DNA of 64,000 bases. Origin: Candidatus Latescibacterota bacterium. Its GTDB lineage: Bacteria > Latescibacterota > UBA2968 > GCA-2709665. The notes under the pieces were generated by a model. That model worked only from the letters and a program-made list of their open reading frames with translations. It had not been told where the DNA came from and searched no databases. Both the position numbers and the translations under genes were made by a program. Shown one piece after another: positions 26,868 through 36,641 of this stretch. The DNA is taken from positions 4,576,001 through 4,640,000 of the forward strand of contig OZ220733.1 in the NCBI GenBank assembly GCA_965116875.1. The letters run 5' to 3'. Numbering within the stretch: the first letter of the stretch is position 1; every line of letters starts with the position of its first letter.

Positions 26868-28634
26868 TTAATGACGACCCGATGCGCCGGGCGGTACCGG
26901 TCGGGTGTGGGTAGCCGTTCGTGAGTCCCGCAGCCTGTCTGTCGCGGGTACGTCGATTTCGAGCGCGTCGGGCCTGATGACAACACCGTACTCCGCTTCT
27001 GCGGCCTCCCTTGGAATATAACCCCGCCGTACATCGTCCAGGACGGCTTCGGCAGATCGCAAAACGGGCGCGCCGTATCCGCCTCCGCCGGGGGTTTCAA
27101 GCCGGAGGCGGTCGCCTTCAATCATGTGGACGCCCTCATCCTTCGTGATGTGGGGTGGACGGTACGCTTTGCCGCGCAGCGTAAAGGTGTGCTCGGCAGT
27201 CCTGCCCGGCTTGCCGCCGAGTACCCCGAAAGGATGGAACCGGCCCCGGTCTCCGAGAAGGGAGGCACTGGCCTCGCCGCGTCTGAGTACGAATTCGAGT
27301 ACCACGCCGAATCCTCCTCTTCGGCACCCGGGCCCGCCGGAATCCTCGCGCAGGGCGTAGGTCTCGAAGAGTACCGGGTATCGGGATTCGAAGATCTCCA
27401 ACGCCTGCGTGCGGGCGACGGCGATGGTGGGATTGCCGTTGGTGAGCCCGTCCGTCAGGTAGTTTCCGCCATAACCTCCTCCTATAAAGGAATAGAAGAC
27501 GAAATACCCCCTTTCCGGATCGTCGCCGCCCACGGAGAGATTGGTGACGGTTCCCATGGGTCCGGCGTAGCAGCGGTCCGGCACGGCCTGGCTCATTGCG
27601 CCAAGTACCGAGTCAATCATTCGCTGACAGACTTCCGCTGCGCATCCCGAGACGGGACGCGGGGGCAGGGCGTGCAGGAAGGTAGTGGACGGAATATCGA
27701 AGGAAAAGGGTTTGAAACAGCCTCTGTTGATGGGTACATCCGGAAAAAAATGCTTGAACGCGATGAAAACGCCTGCCATTGTCGTACTCAATACACTGTT
27801 AAGAGGACCGCGGCACGCCGGGCTGCTGTCCGAGAGGTCGATGTGAACGCTGTCGCCGGCGACAGTCATTTCGAGATGGATATGCAACGGCTTCCAATCC
27901 ACTCCGTCGCTGTCCATGTATTCGTCAAAGGCGTACCGACCATCCGGAATGGCGGCAATGTGTTTCCGCATCATCTTCTCGGAACGGAGTTCCAGTTCGC
28001 TGACAACCTCGAACACGGTCGGTTCGCCGTATCGGTCCAACAGTGCTGTCAACCGATCGGCGCCGAGGTTCAGCGATGCCACTTGTGCGATGATGTCTCC
28101 CTGTCGTTCCCCGGGTACGCGAACGTTGTGCAGGATGACGTCGACCACTTCCTGATTGAGCCTGCCCGCGTCCATGAGCTTGAGGGGAGGCAGCCGCAAG
28201 CCTTCCTGGAATACCTCAGTGGCTTTCGCCGAGAAGCCGCCCGGAACCCGGCCGCCGATGTCAGGCCAGTGCCCGCTGTTTGCCAGGTAGAACGCGAGTC
28301 CGTTTTCATAGAAGAACGGTCTGATCAGCTTTACGTCCATCAGGTGCGTGCCGCCCAGGTACGGGTCGTTGACAATATAGACGTCGCCCTCGGCCGGCTC
28401 ATTGAAATGTTCGATGGTTGAACGCACGGTGTGTTGCATCACGCATATAAAATTCGGCAGGCCGCGCGGCCCCTGCACGATTACCGCTCCGTCGTTCGCG
28501 GCATAGATGCCGCTGGCCCGGTCGAATCCATCCGAAATCACCGGCGAGAAAGCCATGCGTTCCAGCGTGGCATCCATCTCATCGGCGATCTGTTCCAGGC
28601 TGCCGCGGATTACGGCCAGAGTGATCGGATCCAT
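26868..28634 (-). CDS. Hydantoinase B/oxoprolinase family protein
   Basis: MDPITLAVI, NDPYLGGTHLMD, GHWPDIGG, EGLRLPP, TPGGGGYG. Confidence 0.93.
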   Translation of the reverse strand: MDPITLAVIRGSLEQIADEMDATLERMAFSPVISDGFDRASGIYAANDGAVIVQGPRGLPNFICVMQHTVRSTIEHFNEPAEGDVYIVNDPYLGGTHLMDVKLIRPFFYENGLAFYLANSGHWPDIGGRVPGGFSAKATEVFQEGLRLPPLKLMDAGRLNQEVVDVILHNVRVPGERQGDIIAQVASLNLGADRLTALLDRYGEPTVFEVVSELELRSEKMMRKHIAAIPDGRYAFDEYMDSDGVDWKPLHIHLEMTVAGDSVHIDLSDSSPACRGPLNSVLSTTMAGVFIAFKHFFPDVPINRGCFKPFSFDIPSTTFLHALPPRPVSGCAAEVCQRMIDSVLGAMSQAVPDRCYAGPMGTVTNLSVGGDDPERGYFVFYSFIGGGYGGNYLTDGLTNGNPTIAVARTQALEIFESRYPVLFETYALREDSGGPGCRRGGFGVVLEFVLRRGEASASLLGDRGRFHPFGVLGGKPGRTAEHTFTLRGKAYRPPHITKDEGVHMIEGDRLRLETPGGGGYGAPVLRSAEAVLDDVRRGYIPREAAEAEYGVVIRPDALEIDVPATDRLRDSRTATHTRPVPPGASGRH

Positions 28635-28673
28635 TCCGGATTCGCCCCTGATTGCAGATGAATCGTGAACCGG

Positions 28674-30803
28674 CTAGCCGCCCGGTCGATTTTTCCTTAC
28701 GTTCTTCCGGAATTCCGCGCGGCGTTTATCGTCCCGGAGGGTTGATTCGACGAGGAAGGTCCCGCCGTCCAGCACGCGGGCGCGGAGGAAAGGGTCCAGC
28801 CAGACGGTCGTGTCGGGCTGTTCGATGACTGCCGGCCCGGAAAGTTCGCAGCCCCAGGGAATTCTGGATCGCTCGTAGGTCGGGCACGGAACGAACCGGT
28901 CGTCGACCCAGACGTCCCGGCTGCGCTTGAACGCCTGATCCAGCGTTGTCGCCGGCGGGGTCAGCAGTGAGCTCAGGGAGCGGTGTTTCCTCACCCCGAT
29001 CATGGTGGTGCGCAGGTTCAGCAATCGAACGGGAAGCCCTTCCAGCAGCGCATCCAGACCGCCGAAACCGCGATGCGCGCTTCCGTAACGCCGAAGGTAC
29101 GCCGCTCTGAACCGCGTCGCGATGGCCTCCGGGCAGGTGTCGTCATCCGTCAACGGGGTACGGATAACGTGGGTCTGACCTTCGTACGCGATGTCTGCTT
29201 CTCGGACCAGATGCATATGGCCGAGAGGGACATTGACCTGCTTGAGAAAGTCAATTCCGCGCGACCGGTCGTGGGTGAAGATACGCCGGATTTCCGTCGG
29301 GTCCAGGTTGTCGAGGCGGCGATTGACCATCGTCACGTAATCGCGTTTCACGTCCGCGATCGCGCAGCCCCAGGCGGATGCGATACCCGGTTGATACGGG
29401 ACGAGACTCCTGGGGATACCGAGTTCCTTCATCAGAAACCCCACCAGAAGAGGTCCGCTTCCGCCAAACGCGAAAAGGGTGAAGTCATCGGGGTCCCGAC
29501 CGCGGTCGATAGAGATCCGGCGCAGGCTGCCTGCAATACGGTTATTGGATACGGAGACGACCGCGTGCGCGGCTTCCGCGGCTGAAAGGCCGAGCGGCCC
29601 GCCGACGGTTTCCTCCAGCGCAACCCCGGCTTTTACCAGGTCAAAGGAGAATCCCTCCCGGCCGCCGATGGGGTATTCCGGGTTGATTCGACCCAGAACA
29701 AGATTCGCATCGGTAAGCGTCGGCAGTTGTCCGCCTCGTCCGTAACCCGCCGGCCCCGGGTCCGCGCCGGCGCTCTCGGGGCCGACCTTGAGGATGCCTC
29801 CTTCATCGATGCGCGCAATGCTCCCCCCGCCGGCGCCGACGGTCTGGATATCGATCATGGACAGCAGGATCGGGATGCCGAACTCAAGCTCCGTACCGTG
29901 GGCTTGCACCGGGACGCCGTCCGTGACCAGAGAGACGTCCAGACTCGTGCCTCCCATATCGTAGGCAATGAGATCTCGAACATCGTGCTCCGCGGCGATG
30001 GCCGTCGCGGCGATCACGCCCGCCGCAGGCCCGGACAATACCGTCTGAACGGCGTACCTGCCTGCCTCGTCGGCTGGAATCATGCCGCCGTTGGATTGCA
30101 TGACCAGCAGATTCGTCCGGTGTCCCCTGCGACTCAGACTGCGTTCCAGGTTGGCCAGATATCGACTGACAACGGGTTGGACGTATGCGTTCACGACGGC
30201 GGTGCTGGTTCGTTCGAATTCACGAATCAGAGGAAGAATCTCCGCGGACGCGACAACGTAGAGTTCCTTGAAGCGACTCTCTATCAGTGATTTTGCCCGG
30301 CGTTCGTGGATCGGGTTGGCGTACGCGTTCATGAACGAGATGACGATTGCATCGACGTGTTCCGCCGTGAGTTTCTCCGCGCACGACATGACAGCGTCTT
30401 CGTCGAGGGGGACAAGCACCTCACCCTCCGCCGAGATGCGCTCGGCGACTTCCAGGCGGCGGCCGCGCGGAACCAGGGGCTCATAGGTTCCGGTAAGCCC
30501 GTAGAGATGAGGGCGGTCGCGACGCCGGAGTTCGAGGATATCCCGGAACCCCATGGTGGCGATCAGACCGCATCGTCCGCCCTTGCGTTCGAGGACGGCG
30601 TTCGTCGCCACGGTGGTTCCGTGTATGACGAGTTCGATTCCCCGGTCCTCATGCCCGAGAGCGTCGATGCCGTTGATCAACCCCTGCGATGGATCACCCG
30701 GGGTCGTTGGTACTTTCCTCACGTTCAGGGTCGACGCGGCATCATCCAGGACAAGGATGTCCGTAAAGGTGCCCCCTATATCGACCCCGATGGTTCTGGA
30801 CAT
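28674..30803 (-). CDS. Hydantoinase A/oxoprolinase family protein
   Basis: DIGGTFTD, HGTTVATN, SGPAAG, DMGGTS, GAGGGS. Confidence 0.93.
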   Translation of the reverse strand: MSRTIGVDIGGTFTDILVLDDAASTLNVRKVPTTPGDPSQGLINGIDALGHEDRGIELVIHGTTVATNAVLERKGGRCGLIATMGFRDILELRRRDRPHLYGLTGTYEPLVPRGRRLEVAERISAEGEVLVPLDEDAVMSCAEKLTAEHVDAIVISFMNAYANPIHERRAKSLIESRFKELYVVASAEILPLIREFERTSTAVVNAYVQPVVSRYLANLERSLSRRGHRTNLLVMQSNGGMIPADEAGRYAVQTVLSGPAAGVIAATAIAAEHDVRDLIAYDMGGTSLDVSLVTDGVPVQAHGTELEFGIPILLSMIDIQTVGAGGGSIARIDEGGILKVGPESAGADPGPAGYGRGGQLPTLTDANLVLGRINPEYPIGGREGFSFDLVKAGVALEETVGGPLGLSAAEAAHAVVSVSNNRIAGSLRRISIDRGRDPDDFTLFAFGGSGPLLVGFLMKELGIPRSLVPYQPGIASAWGCAIADVKRDYVTMVNRRLDNLDPTEIRRIFTHDRSRGIDFLKQVNVPLGHMHLVREADIAYEGQTHVIRTPLTDDDTCPEAIATRFRAAYLRRYGSAHRGFGGLDALLEGLPVRLLNLRTTMIGVRKHRSLSSLLTPPATTLDQAFKRSRDVWVDDRFVPCPTYERSRIPWGCELSGPAVIEQPDTTVWLDPFLRARVLDGGTFLVESTLRDDKRRAEFRKNVRKNRPGG

Positions 30804-31057
30804 GGTTTGATCCGGGAAAAGCGACGAGAGTTGTCAATTGGACGACAGTCAGAACTTAGACGTTCCGCTGGCGCGCGTCAACTCAAAAAAGAGATAACGA
30901 CGGGCTTTCCCGGCGTGCGGCGCCGCACGAAATCCACACGCGGGCCGAAGGGCGCGGGTGCACCCATTCAACCTTGACCGGATCGGGTACTTCCCTTAGA
31001 TTTGAGGGGATTTATCCGGGAGTCGACCCCAGATTTCGCAAGCGGCAGGGATACCCG

Positions 31058-31813
31058 ATGCCAAGAGGCCGATGTCATTTTGCATTGCTGGCGGCACTGC
31101 ACGACAGGTTTCGCGTTGAATGTCCCGAGGCAGCGGCATTCGCGGATGCGCATACCCCCGATCTGCTCGCCGGTACGTGCGCGCCGGACGGACTGCGTTT
31201 TGTGGGCGAACGGGGAAAATTCGCCACCCACTTTTATTCTGACGACCGTCGTGAAACCTGGGGGCGGTCGGTTGCCGGGCTGTTCGGCGCCCATCCCGAC
31301 CTGGCCGACCCGGGACGGCTTTCCGGTGCGGACGTCGCCGTGATGCTCGGGTACATTTCTCACCTGACGGTGGACGAGGCCTTCCGGGATGAAGTGACCA
31401 TCCACGTCTATGGTATCGAAGACTGGCGACCCATTGTCATGGGTCTGTGGTCCATCGTGGACGGATTCAACATCGGCAATGCCCGCTACCTGGCAGAGGT
31501 TCACCGATTCGAACGTAACGACAGCGTTGGCTTTATCGACTGCAGGGTTGTGGGCGAATACCTCGATCTGGTCAAGCCCTGGGCACTCGAGGACGACCCC
31601 TGGGAACTGGAGCGCATATTCCTCAGGTTACGACGCTGCGACATGCCGGAAGACGAGGCGCGGCGCACCTGGGAGCGGAACGTCGCGATGGCGGCGCCGT
31701 TTCTCGATAAGGACCGGCGGATGCGGTTTTACAGGGCGGCCGTGGACGTGGGCATGGCGGAAACCCTTCGATACCTGAGGGGAGACTACGCAACACAGGA
31801 AAGGGGCGACTGA
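31058..31813 (+). CDS. Hypothetical protein, zinc-dependent phospholipase C-like
   Basis: MP....H, GTCAPD, THFY, GYISHLTVD pattern; stop overlaps the next ATG. Confidence 0.6.
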   Translation: MPRGRCHFALLAALHDRFRVECPEAAAFADAHTPDLLAGTCAPDGLRFVGERGKFATHFYSDDRRETWGRSVAGLFGAHPDLADPGRLSGADVAVMLGYISHLTVDEAFRDEVTIHVYGIEDWRPIVMGLWSIVDGFNIGNARYLAEVHRFERNDSVGFIDCRVVGEYLDLVKPWALEDDPWELERIFLRLRRCDMPEDEARRTWERNVAMAAPFLDKDRRMRFYRAAVDVGMAETLRYLRGDYATQERGD

Positions 31814-32835
31814 TGGCTACGTACCGCGTGGGCGTGATCGGATGCAGAGGCATCGGCGTCCAACATGCAACGGGCCTCCTGGGTCTGGGGAATGCCACCC
31901 TGGCGGCTGCCTGCGACCTCGAGGAGTCGACACTGAACGAATTCAGGGACCGGTGGCAATCCGAATGGCCGGATCTCAAACCCTACCGGGATCACCGTGA
32001 CATGCTGGCAGGAGAGAACCTTGACATTGTTACCGTGGCCACGTCCGACCACCGGCACGCGGACCTGGTCGTGGATGCGGCCAACGCGGGCGTAAGAGGG
32101 ATCTTCTGCGAAAAGCCCCTTGCGACCAATCTGGCGGACGCGGACCGGATGGTGTACGCCGCTGAACGCAACGGCGCAATTCTCTCCGTCGATCACACGA
32201 GGCGCTTCCAGCCATTGTGGCGGCATATCAAGGAGCAGATCGTGGACGGTGACGAGATCGGTGCGGTTCAGTACATCGTGGGGGCGCTGAACGGAAGGCG
32301 TTCCATGTTGTTCAGGAATGGCACACACCTGGTGGATTCGATCTGTTACTTTGCGGGTTCGGAGCCGGATTGGGTGTTCGCGGAACTGGAAGACGGCTAC
32401 GAGGACTACACGGAGTACAGGGGCGATGGCGGCCACGACCCCGCGACGGAGCCGTCGGCAAGCGGATACATCCATTTCGCCAATGGTGTGAGGGGATTTT
32501 TCGCAGGTGGTTCGAAAGTCTCCGCAAACCCGAAGTTCAAGTGCGATATCGTGGGTACCACCGGGTACGTCGAGATTGGCCGCGAAAGCGCCTCGCTGAT
32601 TCGCGGCAATGATCGGGAAACGATCCAGGCGCCCGAATGGCCCCTCAGCGGCATTCCCGCCGGAGTCCAGGAATTGGTGGGTCTCGTGGACAGGGGCGGC
32701 CAGCCGGTTTCGCCTGCACGGGACGCGCACCGGGTCGTTGAGATCCTGGTTGGATTTCTGGAATCACAGCGGCTGGGAAACGTCAGGGTGGATCTCCCGA
32801 TTCCTCTTGAGCGCAGGGGGTTATCAGCCCGTTGA
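31813..32835 (+). CDS. Gfo/Idh/MocA family oxidoreductase
   Basis: VGVIGCRGIG, FCEKPLA, GTHLVD. Confidence 0.92.
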   Translation: MATYRVGVIGCRGIGVQHATGLLGLGNATLAAACDLEESTLNEFRDRWQSEWPDLKPYRDHRDMLAGENLDIVTVATSDHRHADLVVDAANAGVRGIFCEKPLATNLADADRMVYAAERNGAILSVDHTRRFQPLWRHIKEQIVDGDEIGAVQYIVGALNGRRSMLFRNGTHLVDSICYFAGSEPDWVFAELEDGYEDYTEYRGDGGHDPATEPSASGYIHFANGVRGFFAGGSKVSANPKFKCDIVGTTGYVEIGRESASLIRGNDRETIQAPEWPLSGIPAGVQELVGLVDRGGQPVSPARDAHRVVEILVGFLESQRLGNVRVDLPIPLERRGLSAR

Positions 32836-32984
32836 AAAAGCCCATCCGGGCTACGGCCGGCCATTGCGGTCGAAATACTGCGTTGCGCTCCCTCGCCGAA
32901 TCACAGGATGGGACTCGGTCGCGCGCCTTGTCTTCGTCCACAATGGCTCGGCCTCGCCTGCAGAGCGACTTTATCAACGGACTG
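32825..32984. mobile_element. MITE-like element with 16-bp imperfect TIRs and TTAT direct repeats
   Basis: CAGCCCGTTGAAAAAG...CTTTATCAACGGACTG (14/16 complementary), TTAT at 32821-32824 and 32985-32988, internal hairpin. Confidence 0.75.
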
Positions 32985-33265
32985 TTATAGCGGAGGGAGG
33001 CGCCGGGAATCCGCAATAAAGCTTGCCCGGTTGTCCGAAAGACCCTATTTTAGTCCATTTCGATCAAATTCGAACCATCGGTTCGACGCGCGCCAGCCCG
33101 TAAGAAGCCGTTTTCAAATTACCGGTGAGTTCCCGAGCGCGAGCGAAAAAGCGGCGGTCAAGGCGGGAAAATCCGCCCATATTTGTCTGTAGACGGCGCG
33201 CATCCCGATTCGTTTGCGGGCCTCGGTCGGAAGGCACTGCGTCAACAGGAGAGGAGAGTCAGGCA

Positions 33266-33655
33266 ATGTTGAACTTTGAGCATACAGCGTTTCTCGTTGA
33301 GAACACAAAGGCCGTGGCGGACTGGTGGTGCGAACATCTGGGCATGGAATTGGTCCGGTACGGCGGCCCTCCTTCTCACATGACCTTTCTCAGAGACGCC
33401 TCCGGGAAAACCATGTTTGAGATCTACGAGAAAGATACGCTGAGTACGCCCGACTACGCATCGATGCATGTTTCGGTTCTCCATTTCGCGTTCTACACGG
33501 ACGACATCGAGCATGAACGCGACCGGCTGATTGCCGCGGGGGCGTCGGTCGTAGACGACGTGTATACGACGGACGTCGGTGACAAGCTGGCGATGCTTCG
33601 CGACCCATGGGGAGTTGCCATCCAGGTCCTGAAGCGGAAGGATCCGATGGTATGA
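33266..33655 (+). CDS. VOC/glyoxalase family protein
   Basis: FEHTAFLV, HFAFYTDD, MLRDPWG; SD AGGAG upstream. Confidence 0.88.
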   Translation: MLNFEHTAFLVENTKAVADWWCEHLGMELVRYGGPPSHMTFLRDASGKTMFEIYEKDTLSTPDYASMHVSVLHFAFYTDDIEHERDRLIAAGASVVDDVYTTDVGDKLAMLRDPWGVAIQVLKRKDPMV

Positions 33656-33713
33656 GGACGATCCGCACGCGAAGCACGCCTTTGGGTCCCGCCCGATTCG
33701 AACCGGAGAGATC

Positions 33714-34781
33714 ATGCCTGTCATAGAGGTTGAATCGCTAAAACAGGTCTGTGCAGGAATCATGGAAGGTGCGGGTTTATCCGGAGCGGAGGCGTGCAGG
33801 ATCTCCCGTTCGCTCGTTCTGTCGAATCTGATGGGCCACGATTCTCACGGCGTGATCAGGCTTCCCCAGTACGTTGAGGCGCTGGAGGACGGCATCGTAA
33901 AGGGCGGGCGCGACATTCACGTTGTCCGGGAGGCGGACGCATCGGCCGTGGTCGACGGGCGGTGGGGCTTCGGGCAGACGGTCTGCGCGCAGGCCATGGC
34001 ACTGGCAATGCAGAAGGCCCGGGAGAGATCCGTCGCCGCGGTAGAGCTGTTCAACAGCAGCCACATCGGACGTCTTGGAGAATACGTGGAGCAGGCGGCT
34101 GAAAGCGGCATGGTCGGTGTGGTCATGTGCAACAACCACGGTGGGGGCCGTCTGCTTTCGCCGTTCGGCGGGATCGACGCGCGGATGTCACCAAATCCCG
34201 TAGCCGTAGGCGTTCCTACGGGTGGAGACTTTCCGATCGTCGTGGATATGACAACCAGCGTGGTAGCAGAAGGCAAGATCCGCGTGAAGCGCAACCGGGG
34301 CGAGCCTCTGCCGCAGGATTGGGCGATCGACGCGGAGGGCAGAACCGTGGAACGGCCGGAAGACTTCTACGGGCCGCCGCGAGGGGCGATTCTGCCCTTC
34401 GGCGGGAATGCGGCACACAAGGGTTACGCGCTCGCGGTTGTCATCGACATTCTGTCCGGCGCCCTCGGTGGCGGCGGATGCAGCCGCGCGGGAGCGCCCT
34501 CCGGTGGAAACGGCGTGTTTCTGATGGCAATCGATATTCAAGCCTTTACCCCGCCGGAGCAGTTCCGGGACGAAGTGGACGGCTTCGTCGGCTATTTGAA
34601 GAGTTCCAGGCTGATGCCGGGGTTTGACCGCATCCACATGCCAGGTGAAATCGAATACCGGCTTCGACGAAAGGGTGAGAAAGACGGCGTATTCGTGGAT
34701 GAAGAAACCTGGCGTCAGATCCGGGAGACGGGGGAGAGAACGGGGGCGGCCGTCAAGCCGGAGGCGGCCGATGATTCGTAA
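33714..34781 (+). CDS. Ldh_2 family (malate/L-lactate/ureidoglycolate) dehydrogenase
   Basis: GHDSHG, HIGRLG, NPVAVG, DMTTS, HKGYAL, PGE. Confidence 0.92.
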   Translation: MPVIEVESLKQVCAGIMEGAGLSGAEACRISRSLVLSNLMGHDSHGVIRLPQYVEALEDGIVKGGRDIHVVREADASAVVDGRWGFGQTVCAQAMALAMQKARERSVAAVELFNSSHIGRLGEYVEQAAESGMVGVVMCNNHGGGRLLSPFGGIDARMSPNPVAVGVPTGGDFPIVVDMTTSVVAEGKIRVKRNRGEPLPQDWAIDAEGRTVERPEDFYGPPRGAILPFGGNAAHKGYALAVVIDILSGALGGGGCSRAGAPSGGNGVFLMAIDIQAFTPPEQFRDEVDGFVGYLKSSRLMPGFDRIHMPGEIEYRLRRKGEKDGVFVDEETWRQIRETGERTGAAVKPEAADDS

Positions 34782-34802
34782 CCGAAAAGGGAGAGGTCTC
34801 TG

Positions 34803-35573
34803 ATGGCGAACATCATGATCACACTGGTGGGACACGCGTCTTTCCGCCTGGAACCGGATACCGGTGAGGTGGTCTATTTCGACCCCTGGCTGAACAACAA
34901 CCCCACGACCGGGTTGAGCGTGTCAGACGTTTCAGACGCCGACGTCGTGATCGCGACTCACGGACACGACGATCATATCGGCGATTCGTTTGAAATCTGC
35001 AGAAGGACGGGAGCCGTTTTTGCCGGCAACTACGAGCTCTGCCTGACCGCCGAGAAAAACGGTCTGCCGCTGGGCGAACGGGCCCGGCCGATGAATCCGG
35101 GGGGGACCATCGAGGTAAACGGCGTACGCATTACCGCAACCCAGGCATTCCATTCGCTTTCGATGTCGCCGAATCAGGCGCTCGGCGATGTCCCGGAGGA
35201 TCAATACTTCCGGCCAGACGGCGGCGTTTGCGGGATCGTGATGCAGTTTTCGAACGGCATTTCCGTTTACGATACGGCGGACACCGCGCTGTTCAGCGAT
35301 ATGCAGCTGATCAGCCAGATGTACGGGCCTCAGGTGGCCATCCTTCCGGTTGGCGGGTTGTATACGATGGGTGTCCGGGAGGCGGCCCGGGCCGCGAGTC
35401 TGATCCGACCGGACGTTGTCATACCTTGCCACTACGGTGATGCGGTGGGGCAACCCGCGGATATCGACTCGTTTTCGGACATGGTCGGCTTTCTGTCGCC
35501 CAATACAAACGTCGTGGAGCTCGAGCCCGGGCAATCAGTGACGTATACGTCCGCCAGCTTTGAGGTCACGTAG
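34803..35573 (+). CDS. Metallo-beta-lactamase-fold hydrolase (UPF0173-like)
   Basis: GHASF, DPW, THGHDDH, ADTALFSDM, IPCHY. Confidence 0.9.
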   Translation: MANIMITLVGHASFRLEPDTGEVVYFDPWLNNNPTTGLSVSDVSDADVVIATHGHDDHIGDSFEICRRTGAVFAGNYELCLTAEKNGLPLGERARPMNPGGTIEVNGVRITATQAFHSLSMSPNQALGDVPEDQYFRPDGGVCGIVMQFSNGISVYDTADTALFSDMQLISQMYGPQVAILPVGGLYTMGVREAARAASLIRPDVVIPCHYGDAVGQPADIDSFSDMVGFLSPNTNVVELEPGQSVTYTSASFEVT

Positions 35574-35741
35574 AATTCGCCGGCAGGTCAGGCTCACTGT
35601 CGCAGCGGGATGAACAAACGTCCGGAAAGTGCCGGATGAGGAAGCTGTTTCGGATTTCGCAAAGTTGGCGCCGCAGGTTTGCGTTGTGCACGCGGGACTG
35701 AATCGGAGACGGCGCGAAGGCTGAGAAACTGGGAGGTTCGT

Positions 35742-36557
35742 GTGGCGCAGGATCTGACCAACGCGGTTGTATCTCAAAAGATCGAACTCGCCCCCGAGTT
35801 GATCATTTTACAGGTCAGGGCGGACGGGTGGGAGCTTCCCGAGTTCGAGCCGGGGCAGTTCGCCGTCCTGGGCCTTCCGGGTGTGGCGCCGAGAAGCGAG
35901 GGTTCCGACCCCGAAGAGGACACCCCCGATCCGAAACGGTTGATACGCAGAGCCTATTCAATCGCTTCTTCGTCCCTGTTGCGGGAACATATGGAGTTCT
36001 ACATAAACGTCGTCCGTTCGGGTGCGCTGACGCCCAGGCTGTTCGCGCTGGAACAGGGTGACCGCGTCTGGCTGGGGCCCAAGGTGTCCGGAGCCTTTAC
36101 GCTGGATCAGGCGCCCCCGACCACGGACGTCGTACTCGTGGCCACGGGGACCGGACTCGCCCCGTATATGAGTATGTTACGCACACGCCTGCCGTGCGAC
36201 AACGGACGCCGCTTTGCGGTTCTGCACGGCGTCCGGCAATCGTGGGATCTGGGCTACCGGTCGGAACTGACGATCATGCAGCAACTGTGCAGCAATCTGA
36301 CCTATCTGTCGTTGATCAGCCGTCCGGCAAACGAGCACATACCCTGGAGTGGAATGACCGGATACGTTCAGGATCTCTGGGCCGGCGGCTTTCTGGACAA
36401 GGCCTGGGGGAAACACCCGAAACCTGACGATACCCAGGTCTTCCTGTGCGGAAATCCGAAAATGTGCGAGGATATGCTCGCACTGCTGGAAGCCGAAGGA
36501 TTCAGCGAGCAGACACGAAAGATCCGTGGTCAGGTGCATGTCGAGCGATACTGGTAG
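35742..36557 (+). CDS. fpr: Ferredoxin--NADP+ reductase
   Basis: RRAYSIAS, GALTPRL, ATGTGLAPY, LCGNPKM, C-terminal ERYW. Confidence 0.9.
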   Translation: MAQDLTNAVVSQKIELAPELIILQVRADGWELPEFEPGQFAVLGLPGVAPRSEGSDPEEDTPDPKRLIRRAYSIASSSLLREHMEFYINVVRSGALTPRLFALEQGDRVWLGPKVSGAFTLDQAPPTTDVVLVATGTGLAPYMSMLRTRLPCDNGRRFAVLHGVRQSWDLGYRSELTIMQQLCSNLTYLSLISRPANEHIPWSGMTGYVQDLWAGGFLDKAWGKHPKPDDTQVFLCGNPKMCEDMLALLEAEGFSEQTRKIRGQVHVERYW

Positions 36558-36641
36558 AGGCGCCGGGCGACATACCCGGGTGACGCCCCGCGACCGGCTT
36601 CCGGGCGGTCAGCGATTCGCCCGATCGTCCTCGCAGAGGCC

